A DNA stretch of 36,705 bases from assembly GCA_003512365.1 (NCBI GenBank), contig DORI01000095.1, positions 4,127-40,831 of the forward strand, written 5' to 3'. The notes below the pieces were generated by a model. The model did not search any database. It saw nothing but the letters and a program-made list of their open reading frames with translations, and was not told where the DNA came from. Position numbers and translations under genes: made by a program. Source of the DNA: Crocinitomicaceae bacterium. Lineage in GTDB: Bacteria; Bacteroidota; Bacteroidia; Flavobacteriales_D; Crocinitomicaceae. Each line of letters begins with the position of its first letter. Positions within the stretch are counted from its first letter, which is position 1. This document shows positions 8,544 to 19,055 of this stretch, one piece after another.

Positions 8544-9871
8544 AAACCGTAATTAAAAATGGGACCATTGTAAATGAGGGCGTGGTTTCTACAGGTGATA
8601 TTTTAATTGAGGAAGGAAAAATCATTAAAATAGGCGGAATAATTGATGTTCCGTCAAACCATCAGGAAATCAATGCAGAAGGATGTTTTGTATTGCCTGG
8701 TTGTATTGATGATCAAGTGCATTTTAGAGAGCCGGGGTTAACACATAAGGCCTGTATAAAAACAGAATCGCGGGCCGCTGTAGCCGGAGGTATTACTTCA
8801 TTTATGGAAATGCCTAATACAGTGCCTAATGCTTTAACTCAAGAATTGCTTGCTGATAAATATGCTATTGCCGAAAGAGATTCAATTGCTAATTATTCTT
8901 TTTTCATGGGCGCATCAAACGACAACCTTGAAGAAGTGCTGAAAACAAATCCCAAAAATGTTTGTGGGGTAAAAGTTTTTATGGGCTCTTCCACTGGTAA
9001 CATGTTAGTTGATAATGAAAAAACCCTAACTGGATTGTTTGCCAACGTTCCACTTCTCATTGCTACACATTGTGAAGATGAACAAACCGTTCGTTCGAAT
9101 TTTGCTCACTACAAAGATTTATATGGGGAAAATATCCCTGTAAGTGCTCACCCTCTCATTCGCGATGAAAACGCATGTTATCTCTCCTCATCACTAGCCG
9201 TTTCTTTGGCAAAAAAACACAGTGCTAGACTTCATGTGTTGCACATTTCAACAGCAAAGGAATTGTCATTGTTTGACAACAGCATCTCATTAAAAGACAA
9301 AAAAATCACAGCAGAAGCCTGCATTCATCATCTATGGTTCTCTGAAGAAGACTATGCAGATAAAGGTAATTTAATAAAATGGAATCCTGCCGTTAAGTCT
9401 GCAAGAGACAGAGAGGCTATCTGGAAAGCAGTTTTAGATAACAGAATCGATGTTATAGCCACCGACCATGCCCCACATACCCTTGAGGAAAAATCACAGC
9501 CCTATGCGTCTGCCCCTTCTGGCGGGCCGCTCGTTCAACATGCACTTCTTGCCATGTTTGACAAGGTAAAGGAAGGAAAAATTAGCCTAGAAAAAGTTGT
9601 GGAAAAAATGGCCCATTCACCTGCAATTTTATTCCGAATTGAAAATCGTGGCTTTATACGTGAGGGATATGCCGCGGATCTTGTGATTGTAGATCCATCA
9701 GCGCAAACAAGTGTAGCAAAAGACAACCTGCTCTATCAATGTGGGTGGTCGCCTTTTGAAGGTCATACATTTTCTCATAAAATAAAAACCACTATGGTTA
9801 ATGGACGTGTCGTTTGGGATAACAACCAACTTTTTGAACATGGCGCTGGACAACGACTTACTTTTTCATGA
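8540..9871 (+). CDS. pyrC: Dihydroorotase (amidohydrolase superfamily)
   Basis: The ATG at 8540 gives MKTVIKNGTIVNEG. DDQVHFREPG and ATDHAPH metal-ligand motifs are present. About 443 aa. Confidence 0.85.
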   Translation: MKTVIKNGTIVNEGVVSTGDILIEEGKIIKIGGIIDVPSNHQEINAEGCFVLPGCIDDQVHFREPGLTHKACIKTESRAAVAGGITSFMEMPNTVPNALTQELLADKYAIAERDSIANYSFFMGASNDNLEEVLKTNPKNVCGVKVFMGSSTGNMLVDNEKTLTGLFANVPLLIATHCEDEQTVRSNFAHYKDLYGENIPVSAHPLIRDENACYLSSSLAVSLAKKHSARLHVLHISTAKELSLFDNSISLKDKKITAEACIHHLWFSEEDYADKGNLIKWNPAVKSARDREAIWKAVLDNRIDVIATDHAPHTLEEKSQPYASAPSGGPLVQHALLAMFDKVKEGKISLEKVVEKMAHSPAILFRIENRGFIREGYAADLVIVDPSAQTSVAKDNLLYQCGWSPFEGHTFSHKIKTTMVNGRVVWDNNQLFEHGAGQRLTFS

Positions 9872-10188
9872 AGCGCCTAGTTTTTTTTGGTTTAATTTTA
9901 ACGGCTTGTAATTCTAAAGAAAAACCGGATGTTCTGCCCGAAGAAAAGATGTTATTGTTAATGGAAGAAATATACCTCATTGAAAACCACTATCAAATGA
10001 CTTTTGGAAGTCCAAGTGTATATAAGTCTACTTTAGACAGTAGTTATCAGCTTATACTTAAAGAAAATGGTGTTACTCAAAAACAATACGAAGAAAGTTT
10101 CTCATATTATGCCAGTCAACCTGAAATTATACTCAATTTACAAGAGCGGCTTATTGAAAGATTAAACAGGAAAAGGGTTGGTTTGTAA
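9868..10188 (+). CDS. Small lipoprotein (DUF4296-like)
   Basis: MKRLVFFGLILTAC is a lipobox-type signal. An ATGA overlap joins it to pyrC. This neighbour of pyrC is conserved in Bacteroidota (family name from memory). Confidence 0.65.
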   Translation: MKRLVFFGLILTACNSKEKPDVLPEEKMLLLMEEIYLIENHYQMTFGSPSVYKSTLDSSYQLILKENGVTQKQYEESFSYYASQPEIILNLQERLIERLNRKRVGL

Positions 10189-10189
10189 G

Positions 10190-11005
10190 CTACAAATGAA
10201 CATGAGATGCTGCAACACTCTCTCCAAGAAACATTGAAGCTTTATCATTAAAAACAGATGGGTGCTCTGTGGTGAAATAACTTATACTGGCATCTTTTGA
10301 TATATTCGCGTCTATTTCCTGATGATTTTGCAAATACGCGACTAATTTCTTCGCGACGATTTCTCCTTGAGAGAAAACTTGAATTGTTGGGCCCGCAATT
10401 TTTGAAATCTGGTTTTCAATAAGTGGATAGTGGGTACACGCAAGCACAATCGTGTCAATTTTTTCACTCATTGTTAATAATTGATTAACGTCATCTGAAA
10501 TTATTTCTTTACCGGCAGGTGATTCGTGATAATTATTCTCAATTAATGGTACCCACATCGAACAAGCGTGCTGAAAAAGTTTTACCTCTGGAGCGAATTT
10601 CTCCAATTCTATTGCATAAGAGTTGGATTGGATTGTTCCCTGTGTGCCCAAAACTCCCACATGATTAGTTTTCGTCCATTCACTTATTGATTCTGTGCTT
10701 GGGCGAATAACTCCTAAAACTCTCTTATCTGGAAAATGTATCGGAAGTTGGGTCTGCTGAATGGTGCGAAGAGCTTTTGCAGAAGCTGTATTACATGCTA
10801 ATATAATTAAAGGGCATCCTTGGGAAAATAAAAATTGTACGGCCTGCCAAGTAAACTCATGAACCACATCAAAGGACCTATTTCCATATGGCGCTCGGGC
10901 ATTATCGCCTAAATACAAAAAATCATAATTAGGCAAGGCCTTTCTTATCTTCCCCAACACTGTTAGGCCACCGTATCCAGAGTCAAAAATTCCTATTGGT
11001 CCCAT
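10190..11005 (-). CDS. murI: Glutamate racemase
   Basis: IGIFDSGYGGLTV plus the ACNTAS and ACTHYP catalytic Cys motifs. 271 aa. Confidence 0.92.
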   Translation of the reverse strand: MGPIGIFDSGYGGLTVLGKIRKALPNYDFLYLGDNARAPYGNRSFDVVHEFTWQAVQFLFSQGCPLIILACNTASAKALRTIQQTQLPIHFPDKRVLGVIRPSTESISEWTKTNHVGVLGTQGTIQSNSYAIELEKFAPEVKLFQHACSMWVPLIENNYHESPAGKEIISDDVNQLLTMSEKIDTIVLACTHYPLIENQISKIAGPTIQVFSQGEIVAKKLVAYLQNHQEIDANISKDASISYFTTEHPSVFNDKASMFLGESVAASHVHL

Positions 11006-11020
11006 TGAAAAATCAAAGCT

Positions 11021-11051
11021 AAGAAAAAAGGCAACCCGATGGATTGCCTTT
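11021..11051 (-). terminator. Rho-independent terminator downstream of the skp genes
   Basis: Minus sense reads AAAGGCAA, loop TCCATCGGG, then TTGCCTTT, followed by TTTCTT. Confidence 0.65.
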
Positions 11052-11072
11052 CGCCATTTATATCTTATTATA

Positions 11073-11588
11073 TTACTTGTTTTTCATTGCTTCTGCGTCA
11101 AGCTTAAGTAGTTCTGTCATCACCTCTGCTGTGCAGTCAATTCCGCCCTTAAAATATAAAGAAACAGTTTCGTCAAATATGTAATTTATTTTTTTACGCT
11201 CAGCTACAATTGCAATCGCTTTTTGCGTTCTTTCTAGGATGGGCTCCATGTATTGTTGCTGATACATCTGTAGTTTTCGTGTCATTTCAGGCTCAAAGTT
11301 TTCCAACTCTTGTTGCTTAACCATTAACTTCTGCTGCTCTTGTTCCAGCATTAACTTTGGCATTTCTGGAGCTTCCTCCATTAGTTTGTTATATTCTGCT
11401 TGAAAAGCTTTTTCTAAGGTTTGGTATTTCGCTATTTCCTCAGATTTTTTTTGTTCTAATTTTTTACCCGCTTCTTTATACGAAGATAGGGTGTCGAGTA
11501 ATTTTTGAGAGTTTACGTGTCCTATTTTTTGTTGTGCATTCGTCCCAAACGCCATTACCAAAAACAACATGCTTACGATTCTTTTCAT
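11073..11588 (-). CDS. OmpH/Skp-family periplasmic chaperone
   Basis: 171 aa with a signal peptide and a K/E/Q-rich helical body. It sits downstream of bamA. Confidence 0.85.
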   Translation of the reverse strand: MKRIVSMLFLVMAFGTNAQQKIGHVNSQKLLDTLSSYKEAGKKLEQKKSEEIAKYQTLEKAFQAEYNKLMEEAPEMPKLMLEQEQQKLMVKQQELENFEPEMTRKLQMYQQQYMEPILERTQKAIAIVAERKKINYIFDETVSLYFKGGIDCTAEVMTELLKLDAEAMKNK

Positions 11589-11596
11589 TCTTATAT

Positions 11597-12109
11597 TTAT
11601 TTAGTTATTCCCATTTCTTCAAGCACCGATTCACTTATATCGTATTCTTTTTCCGCATAAAGTAAATTACTTTGATTGGCCTTATCGAATACAAACGCAT
11701 ATCCGTCCCTTTTGGCCACTTTTTTCATCGCTGTGTAAACCCTATCTTGTACGGGTTTTACCAGCTCTTGACGTTTTTGAAAGTAGTCTCCGTTAGAGCC
11801 AAAATGTTGTGTTTGCAAATCTATTGCTTCTTTTTCAAGTTTTTCTATTTCTGCCTTTCGTTTTGTTTTTTCTTCCGTTGGCAGTAGCACCTCTTCGCGT
11901 TCGAAGTTGCTCTTTTTTGTTTTTATTGCCGCATATCTATCTTCTATTTCTTTCGTCCACTTCTCAGATAACTTATCCAGTTTTTCTTTGGCAGAAGCGT
12001 ATTCGGGTACATTTTTTAAAATATAATCCGAATCGATAAATGCGTAGGATTGGCCCTTGACAAAAGTGATGCCAAGAACAAAAATTAAAACAAAACAAAA
12101 TCTCACCAT
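11597..12109 (-). CDS. OmpH/Skp-family periplasmic chaperone (second paralogue)
   Basis: 170 aa with a signal peptide and a coiled-coil body. It forms a tandem with the preceding skp-like gene. Confidence 0.85.
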   Translation of the reverse strand: MVRFCFVLIFVLGITFVKGQSYAFIDSDYILKNVPEYASAKEKLDKLSEKWTKEIEDRYAAIKTKKSNFEREEVLLPTEEKTKRKAEIEKLEKEAIDLQTQHFGSNGDYFQKRQELVKPVQDRVYTAMKKVAKRDGYAFVFDKANQSNLLYAEKEYDISESVLEEMGITK

Positions 12110-12161
12110 GTATTTTTATTGTTTTTTAAGAACGGCGAAGATACACATTTATTGCTTATTT

Positions 12162-14717
12162 CTATAACTCACCTAGGTTCATTCCAATTGTAAAACTTAG
12201 TTTAGGATAAAACCCTTTCTGTTTTACTGACTGATCAGAGGCCTTTCCAAATCCATTCGACCAATTATCCAATTGATCAAAGCCTAAACCATAATCAAGA
12301 CCCAACATTCCAAACATGGGCAAAAATACCCGTATCCCGACGCCAGCAGCTCTTTTAACGTTGAAAGGGTTGAATTTTTGAAAGGTTGGAAATGTATTAC
12401 CTGCTTCCAAAAAGGTTAAGGCATAAAAGGTTGCTGAGGGATTTAAGGAAATTGGATAGCGCAGTTCGAGTGTGTACTTCGAAATTAAAGGGTCTCCTCC
12501 ATCCGAGGACACTGTTTGGTCTTCGTATCCTCTCATCGCAATAATTTCTCTTCCCCCAATTTGTCCAACACCTGTCAATCCGCTTCCTCCCATAACAAAT
12601 CTATCAAATGGCGTAACTCCTTTGTCTTGATTGTATGCGCCCATAAATCCAAAACCAAAACGTGACATCAACACCAATTTTTTGTCAGGACTTACTGGTA
12701 AAAACCATTCTCCTGTTAATTTGAATTTATAATATTCTAAGTATTTAATTCGTTCAGCTGTATTTGCGTTCTTGTAATCAACCCCGTCAAAATAAGAATA
12801 AGGTAAGGTGGCCTTAGCGGTAAATGAAAAATTTGAACCACTTTGCGGGTAAATCGGAGAGCTTACAGAGCTTCTTGTTAACACATATTTTAATGAGATG
12901 TCGTTTGCATATCCGCTTTCAATTAGAGGAAACCTAAAATCTTTTACCACGTCGTAATATTGGTAACCCAATTCATAGTAGGCAGAAAAATAATCGTCTG
13001 GCCATTTTTTTCTTCGGCCCAAACCAATTCCTACTCCAGTAATTCCTACTCCAGTGTAATTAGGGTCTGTTCGCAAAGTTCCGCTAGATGAAAGCGCTGT
13101 ATGGTTGACCCAAAAAGAAAGAGAATTTGGTTTTTTTCCTCCTAGCCAAGGTTCGGTAAACGAGAAATTATACCCTTGATAAAACCTTCCTGACGTTTGG
13201 GCGCGGATCGATAGTCGTTGACCATCTCCACCCGGAAGAGGAGACCATGCTTCTTTTTTGAAAAAATTACGCGTAGAAAAATTATTAAATGTAAGACCAA
13301 GAGTGCCAATTACCCCTCCTCTTGTTGTTAGGCCCGCTCCTCCATAGCCACCAGAAAGCTCGATTTGATCTGATGATTTCTCTTCTACCACATATTCTAT
13401 ATCAACCGATCCATTAGCTGGATTCGGAATCGGATTCACCTGAAAAGCCTGCTCATTAAAAAATCCTAACTGAGCCAACTCTCTTTGTGTCCTCATAATG
13501 TCAGATTTGTTAAAAATATCTCCGGGTTTGGTACGTATTTCACGTAGAATTACTTTGTCGTTTGTTTTGGTGTTTCCTCTTATGCTCACATCACCTATCC
13601 TTGCTTCTTTTCCTTCAAGAATTCGAATTTGATGGTTAATTTCATTGTTTGTGACATTTGTTTCAACAGAAATAAGATTAAAAAACAAGTGCCCTCGATT
13701 CATGTACAAGGACCTTACATCTCTTTCGTCTGGACTTCCGTTTAATCTTTGTTCTAACAATGTTTTATTGTAAACATCTCCTTTTTTAATGCCAATCAAT
13801 GAATCCAGAAAACTAGATCGGTACTTCGTGTTTCCAATCCAATCAAACGAACCAAAATAATACTTTTCTCCTTCATTAATTTTGATGCGAATTAGAAGAT
13901 TTTTAGGATCAAGTTTTAGTATGGTGTCTTCGACAATCATCGCGTCTCTCAAACCGACTTTATTAAACTTTTCCATCATGGCTTGTTTATCCCGTTCGAA
14001 GGACGACTCCGTGAGTTTTGAACGCTTCCAAAATCGGAAAAACAATTTTGCCTTTGTGTCCTTCATGGCCATTTTCAGTTTCCAGGAAGGAACTGAGTTG
14101 TTACCTATTATTTCTATTTTTTTAATTCCTATTCTAGGACCTTTTGCAATATCAATTAAAAACAACTCTGAATCATTAATTAAGGTGTCTTTTTCTCTGT
14201 TAATTTGAACTTTTGTTTCATAAAAACCTTTTTCTCGGAAGTACCCTTTTATTTTTCCTGTGGTTTGAAAAACTAAATTTTCTGTGATTGTTTTTCCCGC
14301 ATATAAAGAAATCTCTTCACGAATTTTATCCGCTTCTCTTCGTGAAATACCCTTAAACTTAAATTTAGACAACTTTGGTCGTGGCGTTAATTCTATTACC
14401 AGGTATAAAACACCTGCAATTTCTTTTTCAGCATAAATAGAAATATTTGAAAAAATTCCTTCTGCCCAAAGGTTTTTAATCGCATTGGTGATGGGTTGAC
14501 CTGGCACCATTATTTTTTGTCCTTGTCGAAGCCCGGCAATTAATCTTATTGCTTGGTGATCATAATTTTCTGCTCCTATAACTCTGATCGGCCCTAATTC
14601 AAATTCCCGAGGCGCATCGTAACCAAAATCCATTCCGCCTAAATTCTTTGGTCCATTTTGGGCCTCTACTGAAATGTAGGCAAAAACAATAAAGCTTAAC
14701 AGGTAAAATATTTTCAT
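12162..14717 (-). CDS. bamA: Outer membrane protein assembly factor BamA
   Basis: 851 aa with a signal peptide, POTRA-like repeats and a C-terminal beta-barrel ending in an aromatic-rich strand. An ATGA overlap joins it to uppS. Confidence 0.92.
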   Translation of the reverse strand: MKIFYLLSFIVFAYISVEAQNGPKNLGGMDFGYDAPREFELGPIRVIGAENYDHQAIRLIAGLRQGQKIMVPGQPITNAIKNLWAEGIFSNISIYAEKEIAGVLYLVIELTPRPKLSKFKFKGISRREADKIREEISLYAGKTITENLVFQTTGKIKGYFREKGFYETKVQINREKDTLINDSELFLIDIAKGPRIGIKKIEIIGNNSVPSWKLKMAMKDTKAKLFFRFWKRSKLTESSFERDKQAMMEKFNKVGLRDAMIVEDTILKLDPKNLLIRIKINEGEKYYFGSFDWIGNTKYRSSFLDSLIGIKKGDVYNKTLLEQRLNGSPDERDVRSLYMNRGHLFFNLISVETNVTNNEINHQIRILEGKEARIGDVSIRGNTKTNDKVILREIRTKPGDIFNKSDIMRTQRELAQLGFFNEQAFQVNPIPNPANGSVDIEYVVEEKSSDQIELSGGYGGAGLTTRGGVIGTLGLTFNNFSTRNFFKKEAWSPLPGGDGQRLSIRAQTSGRFYQGYNFSFTEPWLGGKKPNSLSFWVNHTALSSSGTLRTDPNYTGVGITGVGIGLGRRKKWPDDYFSAYYELGYQYYDVVKDFRFPLIESGYANDISLKYVLTRSSVSSPIYPQSGSNFSFTAKATLPYSYFDGVDYKNANTAERIKYLEYYKFKLTGEWFLPVSPDKKLVLMSRFGFGFMGAYNQDKGVTPFDRFVMGGSGLTGVGQIGGREIIAMRGYEDQTVSSDGGDPLISKYTLELRYPISLNPSATFYALTFLEAGNTFPTFQKFNPFNVKRAAGVGIRVFLPMFGMLGLDYGLGFDQLDNWSNGFGKASDQSVKQKGFYPKLSFTIGMNLGEL

Positions 14718-15448
14718 TCTGAAAGTTGTTCAGAGACCATTCCAAAGCGCCTCTCTCTTGATTGATAAGATAATATTGCCGCCTTGAGTTCTTCTTTACC
14801 AAAGTCCGGCCAATGGATGTCGGTGAAATAAAATTCAGCATACGCCAATTGCCAAAGTAAAAAATTACTTATTCGGTGTTCTCCACTTGTTCGAATTAAT
14901 AATTCCGGATCTGGAATTTCTCTTGTTGTTAAATGGGCAGAAATTAATTCTGGTGTAATATCATTCGCTAAAAGCTCTTTTTTCGCAACTTTTAATGATA
15001 TTTCGCGAACACACTCTGTAATTTCCCATTTCGCGCTGTAATTAAGCGCCAACACCAACGTTATTTCTTTGTTGTTTTTGGTTGATTCCATTCCATTCAG
15101 AAGACTTTGCTGACAGTTTCCCGGTAGCCCTTTAAGATCTCCAATTACTACTAGCCTTACTCCTTGTAGTTGTAGCTCAGGTAGTTCGTTGGTGATGGAA
15201 TCAACTAACAAGTTCATTAGTCCGTCTACTTCTTCTTGCGGTCTATTCCAATTCTCGGTTGAAAATGCATATAGGGTCAAGAATTCTACACCAAATGATT
15301 TCGCTGCTTTTAAAACCTCTCTTACAGCATCAACCCCTTTCGTGTGTCCAAACAACCGATGTTCCCCTCTTTGCTTAGCCCAACGTCCATTCCCATCCAT
15401 TATCAAAGCGATGTGTCGTGGGATTTTATTTTGATTTAAGTCTTTCAA
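14714..15448 (-). CDS. uppS: Isoprenyl transferase (undecaprenyl-diphosphate synthase)
   Basis: HIALIMDGNGRWA and the LIRTSGEHRISNFLLWQ motif. The start is TTG, with no alternative start in frame. Confidence 0.92.
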   Translation of the reverse strand: MKDLNQNKIPRHIALIMDGNGRWAKQRGEHRLFGHTKGVDAVREVLKAAKSFGVEFLTLYAFSTENWNRPQEEVDGLMNLLVDSITNELPELQLQGVRLVVIGDLKGLPGNCQQSLLNGMESTKNNKEITLVLALNYSAKWEITECVREISLKVAKKELLANDITPELISAHLTTREIPDPELLIRTSGEHRISNFLLWQLAYAEFYFTDIHWPDFGKEELKAAILSYQSRERRFGMVSEQLSE

Positions 15449-15540
15449 TATCGGGCTCTTTTCAGCGTAAGATAACGAAGTTAATTATTCTATATTGTTC
15501 TATCAAATTCTCTGAAAGATTCATTAACATGTCTTAACAC

Positions 15541-15574
15541 AAAAAAAGGGATTAGAATACACCCAATCCCTTTT
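15541..15574 (-). terminator. Rho-independent terminator after atpC
   Basis: Minus sense reads AAAAGGGATT, an 11-nt loop, then AATCCCTTTT, followed by further T residues. Confidence 0.75.
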
Positions 15575-15591
15575 CTTGCTTACTTTATGTG

Positions 15592-15864
15592 CTAATCCGC
15601 TAATACGATTAATTTATTATTCATTAATTCTGCCACTCCCCCTTTGATTGAAACTTCCACTGAGGTGCCATTTTTTCTTATCGAAGGATGACTTATGTCT
15701 ACATTTCCAGTCGCCTCTATTTTCACAATACCCTCTTTTAAAGAAGAAATAATTGGCGCGTGATTATTTAAGACTTGGAAAACCCCATCAGTTCCTGGAA
15801 GAGAAACAGAGGTGGCTTCGCCGACGAAAATACCAGACTCTGGTGTTATGATTTCCAATTTCAT
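15592..15864 (-). CDS. atpC: F0F1 ATP synthase epsilon subunit (short form)
   Basis: 90 aa immediately after atpD with a 1-nt gap. The pattern LEIITPE...GVFQVLNNHAPIIS matches the beta-sandwich domain. Confidence 0.88.
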   Translation of the reverse strand: MKLEIITPESGIFVGEATSVSLPGTDGVFQVLNNHAPIISSLKEGIVKIEATGNVDISHPSIRKNGTSVEVSIKGGVAELMNNKLIVLAD

Positions 15865-15865
15865 C

Positions 15866-17377
<1,512 letters not shown>

Positions 17378-17390
17378 TTAAATTTGGGCG

Positions 17391-17398
17391 CAAATATA
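17391..17398 (-). promoter_or_regulatory. Candidate -7 box (TATATTTG) for atpDC
   Basis: The minus-strand sequence TATATTTG lies 22 nt upstream of the atpD ATG. I found no clear -33 TTG. Confidence 0.3.
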
Positions 17399-17432
17399 CA
17401 AATTTTATCTGAATAGATAAAATTATGCGGAA

Positions 17433-18632
17433 TTAAAGGGCTCTAGAAATTATTTTTACCGTTGCCCAAGAAAAAACTAAGCCCAAGCTCGCCACCATAA
17501 TTACTACAAATAAGAAATCTGTAAACTTTAGAACGATCGGAAAGCCCTCGTTTATTCCTCCCATTGAAACAAAACCACTATACTTTTGGGCAAAACAAAC
17601 CACGTATCCAACTGTAAGGCCTAAAACTAAGCCCGCAAAGCATATTAACATGCCGTTGAAAATAAATACCCTTTGTACATCTGACTTCTTCAACCCAATA
17701 GCCATCAACGATGTCACATCTTTTTGTTTTTCGACATACTGAATCGTTAGAGAAGCGATTAAGTTAATCGCGGCAAAAATAAAAACGAACACCATTATGA
17801 TAAGTACCATCAACCGCTCAGATTGACTTGTTTTGTATATCATTTCGTGGTTTTCGTAGTTTGTTTTCACGGTAAAGTTTCCGCCTATTTCTTCTTGGAG
17901 TTCTTTTTTGAATTCTTTGTGATTAACCCCTTCATTTAACTTAATGTAAACATGGGTAATTTCATTTTGATAACCCAAAAGTTCTTGGGCTTGTTTTAGC
18001 GACCAAATAACCACTTCTTCATTAACCTCTCTATTAAAATTAAAAACACTAGCACATTGGACTCTTGTCTTTTTAAACATTTCTTGCCCTTGTTTAATCT
18101 TCATATCGCGCTTCCCTGCTAAAACAGAAAACTCAGTTTGTCCCGGCCTTATCTCCAATTTATCTACCAACCCAGGGGCTAAAAAAACATATTGTTGCTC
18201 CAACAATGTAAAAAGACACGTGTGATTTGTTTTACATGTTGGTTCTTCAACTAATGTGTTGTTGGCGTATTCCACCATGTCTAAATAATTCGGCTCAACA
18301 CCAACTATTCTGGCGTTTGCCCATTTTTTATCCTGTTGGAGAACCACAAGTTCTTCGATTCCCTTTGAATACGTTGAAACACCTTCGTGATTCAACAACT
18401 CGAAATTAAATTCTGACGATAAAAAAGTTTTTCTTTTGCTGTGCGTAATGGTAATGTGAGCGTCAAATTTTCCATACATTTTTTGAATGACACTCTCTAT
18501 CCCATTAAAGGCCGATAATAGAATGATCAAAGCGGCGCAAACAACAGCCATTCCTATCCATGAAATTCTTGTAAGAATTGCTACAATATTGCTGTCTTTT
18601 TTTGAAAAAAAATACCGCTTTGCTATGTACAA
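17433..18632 (-). CDS. FtsX/LolC-E-like ABC transporter permease
   Basis: 399 aa with a TTG start. The layout is an N-terminal TM helix, a large periplasmic domain and 3 C-terminal TM helices. It begins 15 nt downstream of rbfA. Confidence 0.8.
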   Translation of the reverse strand: MYIAKRYFFSKKDSNIVAILTRISWIGMAVVCAALIILLSAFNGIESVIQKMYGKFDAHITITHSKRKTFLSSEFNFELLNHEGVSTYSKGIEELVVLQQDKKWANARIVGVEPNYLDMVEYANNTLVEEPTCKTNHTCLFTLLEQQYVFLAPGLVDKLEIRPGQTEFSVLAGKRDMKIKQGQEMFKKTRVQCASVFNFNREVNEEVVIWSLKQAQELLGYQNEITHVYIKLNEGVNHKEFKKELQEEIGGNFTVKTNYENHEMIYKTSQSERLMVLIIMVFVFIFAAINLIASLTIQYVEKQKDVTSLMAIGLKKSDVQRVFIFNGMLICFAGLVLGLTVGYVVCFAQKYSGFVSMGGINEGFPIVLKFTDFLFVVIMVASLGLVFSWATVKIISRAL

Positions 18633-18647
18633 TGAAATTTTAATGGG

Positions 18648-18992
18648 CTACTTTTTTTTTAGTAATTCATCAATTTTCATTGCATAATCAAGAGAGTCAT
18701 CAATAAAAAAAGTAAGTGCTGGAGATTTTCTCATGTTTTTAAGTCTCGTTGATACTTCTGATTTAATCTTTCCTTTATTCAGGTTGATGTTTTCTAACAC
18801 TGCTTCTTTTTTGTCAGTATTATAAATGCTTAAGTAGCAACGCGCTAAAGACAAGTCAGATGTGATTCTGACATTCGTAACGGTTACCATGCTACCAAGG
18901 CATATTTCTCTACCATTACGTATGAAAAAACCAGCTAATTCAGTTCTTATCGCAGACTCAATCTTTTGTTGACGAATTGATGACATATTCAT
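18648..18992 (-). CDS. rbfA: Ribosome-binding factor A
   Basis: RQQKIESAIRTELAGFF...VTVTNVRITSDLSLARCYLSIY. The start is ambiguous among TTG 18995, ATG 18992 and ATG 18986. Confidence 0.88.
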   Translation of the reverse strand: MNMSSIRQQKIESAIRTELAGFFIRNGREICLGSMVTVTNVRITSDLSLARCYLSIYNTDKKEAVLENINLNKGKIKSEVSTRLKNMRKSPALTFFIDDSLDYAMKIDELLKKK

Positions 18993-19044
18993 CAAAGGTA
19001 ATAATTCTGTCGCTTATTGATTTAAAAAACAAGGTGGTTTAGTG

Positions 19045-19052
19045 TATATTTG
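19045..19052 (+). promoter_or_regulatory. Candidate -7 box (TATATTTG) abutting the ABC exporter start
   Basis: It matches TAnnTTTG and ends 3 nt before the ATG at 19056. Confidence 0.3.
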
Positions 19053-19055
19053 CCC

